64,000 nucleotides of DNA. Origin: Eledone cirrhosa. Lineage: Eukaryota. Positions 57,701-64,000 of the stretch are shown here, one piece after another. The position numbers and the translations under genes were made by a program. The DNA is taken from positions 13,578,001-13,642,000 of the forward strand of contig OZ024744.1 in the NCBI GenBank assembly GCA_964016885.1. The letters run 5' to 3'. Numbering within the stretch: position 1 is the first letter of the stretch; each line of letters opens with the position of its first letter. The notes under the pieces were generated by a model. The model saw nothing but the letters and a program-made list of their open reading frames with translations, did not search any database and was not told the origin of the DNA.

Positions 57701-60700
57701 CCAGTTAAAGTTACTCTCTGAATTGAGAGATCACAATTCCTATACTATGGACATGTGGGTAGAATGTCTCAGTAGATCAGAGATTCACTCCAGTTAAAGC
57801 CACTCTCTAAATTGAGAGATCACAACTCCAATACTATGGACATGGTGTTAGAATGTCTCAGTAGATCAGAGAGTCACTCCAGTTAAAGCCACTCTCTAAA
57901 TTGAGAGATCACAACTCCAATAATATGGACATGGGGTTTGAATGTCTCAGTACATCAGAGTGTCACTCCAGTTAAAGTTACTCTCTGAATTGTGAGATCA
58001 CAATTCCTATACTATGGACATGGGGTTTGAAAGTCTCAGTAGATCAGAGTGTCACTCCAGTTAAAGCTACTCTCTAAATTGAGAGATTACAACTCCAATA
58101 CTATGGACATGGGGTTTGAATGTCTCAGTAGATCAGAGAGTCACTCCAGTTAAAGCTACTCTCTAAATTGAGAGATCACAACTCCCATACTATGGACATG
58201 TGGTTAGAATGTCTCAGTAGATTAGAGTGTCAATCCAGTTAAAGCTACTCTATAAATTGAGAGATCACAACTCCCATACTATGTACATGTGGGTAGAATG
58301 TCTCAGTAGATCAGAGAGTCACTCTAGTTAAAGCCACTAATTCTCTAAATTGAGAGATCACAACTCCCATACTATGGACATGTGGTTAGAATGTCTCAGT
58401 AGATCAGAGAGAGAGTCACTCCTGTTAAGCCACTCTCTAAATTGAGAGATCACAACTTCCATACTATGGACATGTGGTTAGAATGTCTCAGTAGATCAGA
58501 GAGTCACTCCAGTTAAAGCTACTCTCTAAATTGAGAGATAACAACTCCAATACTATGGACATGTGGTTAGAATGTCTCAGTAGATTAGAGTTTTAATCCA
58601 GTTAAAACTACTCTCTAAATTGAGAGATCACAACTCCCATACTATGGACATGTGGGTAGAATGTCTCAGTAGATCAGAGATTCACTCCAGTTAAAGCCAC
58701 TCTCTAAATTGAGAGATCACAACTCCAATACTATGGACATGGTGTTAGAATGTCTCAGTAGATCAGAGTGTCACTCCAGTTAAAGCCACTCTCTAAATTG
58801 AGAGATCACAACTTCCATACTATGGACATGTGGTTAGAATGTCTCAGTAGATCAGAGAGTCACTCCAGTTAAAGCAATTCTCTAAGTTGAGAGATCACAA
58901 CTCCAATACTATGGTCATGTGGTTAGAATGTCTCAGTAGATCAGAGAGTCACTCCAGTTAAAGCTACTCTCTAAATTGAGAGATCACAACTCCTATACTA
59001 TGGACATGGCGTTAGAATGTCTCAGTAGATCAGAGTGTCACTCCAGTTAAAGCCACTCTCTAAATTGAGAGATCACAACTCCAATACTATGGACATGTGG
59101 TTAGAATGTCTCAGTAGATTAGAGAGTCACTCCAGTTAAAGCCACTCTCTAAATTGAGAGATCACAACTCCAATACTATGGACATGTGGTTAGAATGTCT
59201 CAGTAGATCAGAGTGTCACTCCAGTTAAAGCCACTCTCTAAATTGAGAGATCACAACTCCAATACTATGGACATGGGGTTAGAATGTCTCAGTAGATCAG
59301 AGTGTCACTCCAGTTAAAGCCACTCTCTAAATTGAGAGATCACAACTTCCATACTATGGACATGTGGTTAGAATGTCTCAGTAGATCAGAGAGTCACTCC
59401 AGTTAAAGCAATTCTCTAAGTTGAGAGATCACAACTCCAATACTATGGTCATGTGGTTAGAATGTCTCAGTAGATCAGAGAGTCACTCCAGTTAAAGCCA
59501 CTCTCTAAATTGAGAGATCACAACTCCAATAATATGGACATGGGGTTTGAATGTCTCAGTACATCAGAGTGTCACTCCAGTTAAAGTTACTCTCTAAATT
59601 GAGAGATCACAACTCCAATACTATGGACATGGGGTTTGAATGTCTCAGTAGATCAGAGAGTCACTCCAGTTAAAGCTACTCTCTGAATTGAGAGATCACA
59701 ATTCCTATACTATGGACATGGGGTTAGAATGTCTCAGTAGATTAGAGTTTTAATCCAGTTAAAACTACTCTCTAAATTGAGAGATCACAACTCCCATACT
59801 ATGGACATGTGGGTAGAATGTCTCAGTAGATCAGAGATTCACTCCAGTTAAAGCCACTCTCTAAATTGAGAGATCACAACTCCAATACTATGGACATGGT
59901 GTTAGAATGTCTCAGTAGATCAGAGTGTCACTCCAGTTAAAGCCACTCTCTAAATTGAGAGATCACAACTTCCATACTATGGACATGTGGTTAGAATGTC
60001 TCAGTAGATCAGAGAGTCACTCCAGTTAAAGCAATTCTCTAAGTTGAGAGATCACAACTCCAATACTATGGTCATGTGGTTAGAATGTCTCAGTAGATCA
60101 GAGAGTCACTCCAGTTAAAGCTACTCTCTAAATTGAGAGATCACAACTCCTATACTATGGACATGGCGTTAGAATGTCTCAGTAGATCAGAGTGTCACTC
60201 CAGTTAAAGCCACTCTCTAAATTGAGAGATCACAACTCCAATACTATGGACATGTGGTTAGAATGTCTCAGTAGATTAGAGAGTCACTCCAGTTAAAGCC
60301 ACTCTCTAAATTGAGAGATCACAACTCCAATACTATGGACATGTGGTTAGAATGTCTCAGTAGATCAGAGTGTCACTCCAGTTAAAGCCACTCTCTAAAT
60401 TGAGAGATCACAACTCCAATACTATGGACATGGGGTTAGAATGTCTCAGTAGATCAGAGTGTCACTCCAGTTAAAGCCACTCTCTAAATTGAGAGATCAC
60501 AACTTCCATACTATGGACATGTGGTTAGAATGTCTCAGTAGATAAGAGAGTCACTCCAGTTAAAGCAATTCTCTAAGTTGAGAGATCACAACTCCAATAC
60601 TATGGTCATGTGGTTAGAATGTCTCAGTAGATCAGAGAGTCACTCCAGTTAAAGCCACTCTCTAAATTGAGAGATCACAACTCCAATAATATGGACATGG

Positions 60701-63700
60701 GGTTTGAATGTCTCAGTACATCAGAGTGTCACTCCAGTTAAAGTTACTCTCTAAATTGAGAGATCACAACTCCAATACTATGGACATGGGGTTTGAATGT
60801 CTCAGTAGATCAGAGAGTCACTCCAGTTAAAGCTACTCTCTGAATTGAGAGATCACAATTCCTATACTATGGACATGGGGTTTGAAAGTCTTAGTAGATC
60901 AGAGTGTCACTCCAGTTGAAGCTACTCTCTAAATTGAGAGATTACAACTCCAATACTATGGACATGGGGTTTGAATGTCTCAGTAGATCAGAGAGTCACT
61001 CCAGTTAAAGCTACTCTCTAAATTGAGAGATCACAACTCCCATACTATGGACATGTGGTTAGAATGTCTCAGTAGATCAGAGAGTCACTCCAGTTAAAGC
61101 TACTCTCTAAATTGAGAGATTAAAACTCCCATACTATGGACATGTGGTTAGAATGTCTCAGTAGATCAGAGAGTCACTCCAGTTAAAGCCACTCTCTAAA
61201 TTGAGAGATCACAACTCGCATACTATGGACATGTGGTTAGAATGTCTCAGTAGATCAGAGAGTCACTCCAGTTAAAGCTACTCTCTAAATTGAGAGATCA
61301 CAACTCCCATAGTACGGACATGTGGTTAGAATGTCTCAGTAGATCAGAGAGTCACTCCAGTTAAAGCCACTCTCTAAATTGAGAGATCACAACTCCCATA
61401 CTATGGACATGTGGTGAGAATGTCTCAGTAGATCAGAGAGTCACTCCAGTTAAAGCTACTCTATAAATTGAGAGATCACAACTCCAATATTATGGACATG
61501 GGGTTTGAAAATCTCAGTAGATCAGAGTGTCACTCCAGTTAAAGCTACTCTCTAAATTGAGAGATCACAACTCCAATACTATGGACATTTGACTAGAATG
61601 TCTCAGTAGATCAGGGAGTCATTCTTGTTAAAGCTACTCTCTAAATTGAGAGATCACAACTCCCATACTATGGACGTGTGGTTAGAATGTCTCAGTAGAT
61701 CAGAGAATCACTCCAGTTAAAGCTACTCTCTAAATTTAGAGATCACAACTACCATACTATGAACATGTGGGTAGAATGTCTCAGTAGATCAGAGTGTCAC
61801 TCCAGTTAAAGTTACTCTCTGAATTGAGAGATCACAATTCCTATACTATGGACATGTGGGTAGAATGTCTCAGTAGATCAGAGATTCACTCCAGTTAAAG
61901 CCACTCTCTAAATTGAGAGATCACAACTCCAATACTATGGACATGGTGTTAGAATGTCTCAGTAGATCAGAGAGTCACTCCAGTTAAAGCCACTCTCTAA
62001 ATTGAGAGATCACAACTCCAATAATATGGACATGGGGTTTGAATGTCTCAGTACATCAGAGTGTCACTCCAGTTAAAGTTACTCTCTGAATTGTGAGATC
62101 ACAATTCCTATACTATGGACATGGGGTTTGAAAGTCTCAGTAGATCAGAGTGTCACTCCAGTTAAAGCTACTCTCTAAATTGAGAGATTACAACTCCAAT
62201 ACTATGGACATGGGGTTTGAATGTCTCAGTAGATCAGAGAGTCACTCCAGTTAAAGCTACTCTCTAAATTGAGAGATCACAACTCCCATACTATGGACAT
62301 GTGGTTAGAATGTCTCAGTAGATTAGAGTGTCAATCCAGTTAAAGCTACTCTATAAATTGAGAGATCACAACTCCCATACTATGTACATGTGGGTAGAAT
62401 GTCTCAGTAGATCAGAGAGTCACTCTAGTTAAAGCCACTAATTCTCTAAATTGAGAGATCACAACTCCCATACTATGGACATGTGGTTAGAATGTCTCAG
62501 TAGATCAGAGAGAGAGTCACTCCTGTTAAGCCACTCTCTAAATTGAGAGATCACAACTTCCATACTATGGACATGTGGTTAGAATGTCTCAGTAGATCAG
62601 AGAGTCACTCCAGTTAAAGCTACTCACTAAATCGAGAGATCACAACTCCCATACCATGGACATGGGGTTTGAATGTCTCAGTAGATCAGAGATTCACTCC
62701 AGTTAAAGCTACTCTCTAAATTGAGAGATAACAACTCCAATACTATGGACATGTGGTTAGAATGTCTCAGTAGATTAGAGTGTCAATCCAGTTAAAGCTA
62801 CTCTCTAAATTGAGAGATCACAACTCCCATACTATGGACATGTGGGTAGAATGTCTCAGTAGATCAGAGAGTCACTCCAGTTAAAGCCACTAATTCTCTA
62901 AATTGAGAGATCACAACTCCCATACTATGGACATGGGGTTTGAATGTCTCAGTAGATCAGAGATTCACTCCAGTTAAAGCTACTCTCTAAATTGAGAGAT
63001 CACAACTCCAATACTATGGACATGGGGTTTGAAAGTCTCAGTAGATCAGAGTGTCACTCCAGTTAAAGCTACTCTCTAAATTAAGAGATTACAACTCCAA
63101 TACTATGGACATGTGGTTAGAATGTCTCAGTAGATTAGAAAGTCACTCCAGTTAAAGCCACTCTCTAAATTGAGAGATCACAACTCCAATACTATGGACA
63201 TGGGGTTAGAATGTCTCAGTAGATCAGAGTGTCACTCCAGTTAAAGCCACTCTCTAAATTGACAGATCACAACTACAATACTATGGTCATGTGGTTAGAA
63301 TATCTCAGTAGATCAGAGAGTCACTCCAGTTAAAGCTACTCTATAAATTGAGAGATCACAACTCCAATACTATGGACATGGGGTTTGAAAATCTCAGTAG
63401 ATCAGAGTGTCACTCCAGTTAAAGCTACTCTCTAAATTGAGAGATCACAACTCCAATACTATGGACATTTGACTAGAATGTCTCAGTAGATCAGGGAGTC
63501 ATTCTTGTTAAAGCTACTCTCTAAATTGAGAGATCACAACTCCCATACTATGGACGTGTGGTTAGAATGTCTCAGTAGATCAGAGAATCACTCCAGTTAA
63601 AGCTACTCTCTAAATTGAGAGATCACAACTACCATACTATGAACATGTGGTTAGAATGTCTCAGTAGATCAGAGAGTCACTCCAGTTAAAGCTACTCTCT

Positions 63701-64000
63701 AAATTGAGAGATCACAACTCCCTTACTATGGAAATGTGGTTAGAATGTCTTCAGTAGATCAGAGAGTCACTCCAGTTAAAGCCACTCTCTAAATTGAGAG
63801 ATCACAACTTCAATACTATGGACATGTGGTTAGAATGTCTCAGTAGATAAGAGAGTAACTCCAGTTAAAGCTACTCACTAAATTGAGAGATCACAACTCC
63901 CATACCATGGACATGTGGTTTGAATGTCTCAGTAGATCAGAGATTCACTCCAGTTAAAGCTACTCTCTAAATTGAGAGATAACAACTCCAATACTATGGA
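48150..64000. repeat. Right-hand domain of large, near-identical nested duplications (offsets 5173, 4101, 2670 and 1157 bp)
   Basis: TAGTACGG occurs at 52041, 57214 and 61315 (offsets 5173 and 4101). GAGTTTTAATCC occurs at 50471, 53141, 55644, 58588 and 59745. The GA-expanded monomer occurs at 48680, 53853, 58403 and 62504. Confidence 0.8.

Larger units (their letters stand above)
1..64000. repeat. Tandem satellite DNA array, 89-bp monomer, about 719 copies, single orientation, running past both window edges
   Basis: Monomer starts (ATCAG/ATTAG after TCTCAGTAG) fall at 1, 90 and 179 and continue at 89-bp steps apart from small indels. I saw no unique sequence anywhere in the window. Monomers typically differ from consensus by only a few substitutions. 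Confidence 0.99.

Noticed and set aside
1-64000. CRISPR array or other repeat-spacer system
   Set aside because: The entire 89 bp is repeated, with no unique spacers, leader or cas genes. Variation is limited to point changes and small indels.
1-64000. Embedded transposon, inversion, rRNA/tRNA/snRNA tandem gene, or CENP-B box
   Set aside because: I saw no non-monomer sequence or strand switch on reading through. The monomer shows no tRNA cloverleaf or recognisable 5S/snRNA sequence. The CENP-B box needs two CpGs, which the consensus lacks.

Overview
The whole 64 kb window is one uninterrupted, head-to-tail tandem array of an 89-bp monomer (about 719 copies, about 40% GC, all in the same orientation). 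Consensus read from position 1: ATCAGAG(A/T)GTCACTCCAGTTAAAGC(T/C)ACTCTCTAAATTGAGAGATCACAACTCC(C/A)ATACTATGGACATG(T/G)GGTT(A/T)GAATGTCTCAGTAG. I see no genes, RNA genes, transposon insertions, inversions or CRISPR spacers. It looks like eukaryotic satellite DNA, possibly centromeric or pericentromeric, but that role is inference and I do not recognise the family or organism. The structure lies in how variants are arranged. A central domain (~13.3-31.7 kb) has a variable-length higher-order repeat, most often 17 monomers. It sits between left and right flanks that share their own variant blocks and carry multi-kb tandem duplications (offsets 1920, 1335, 2856, 5715-5805, 1617, 5173 and 4101 bp). 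The monomer also contains several short dyad symmetries. All counts and offsets were read by eye from marker variants.
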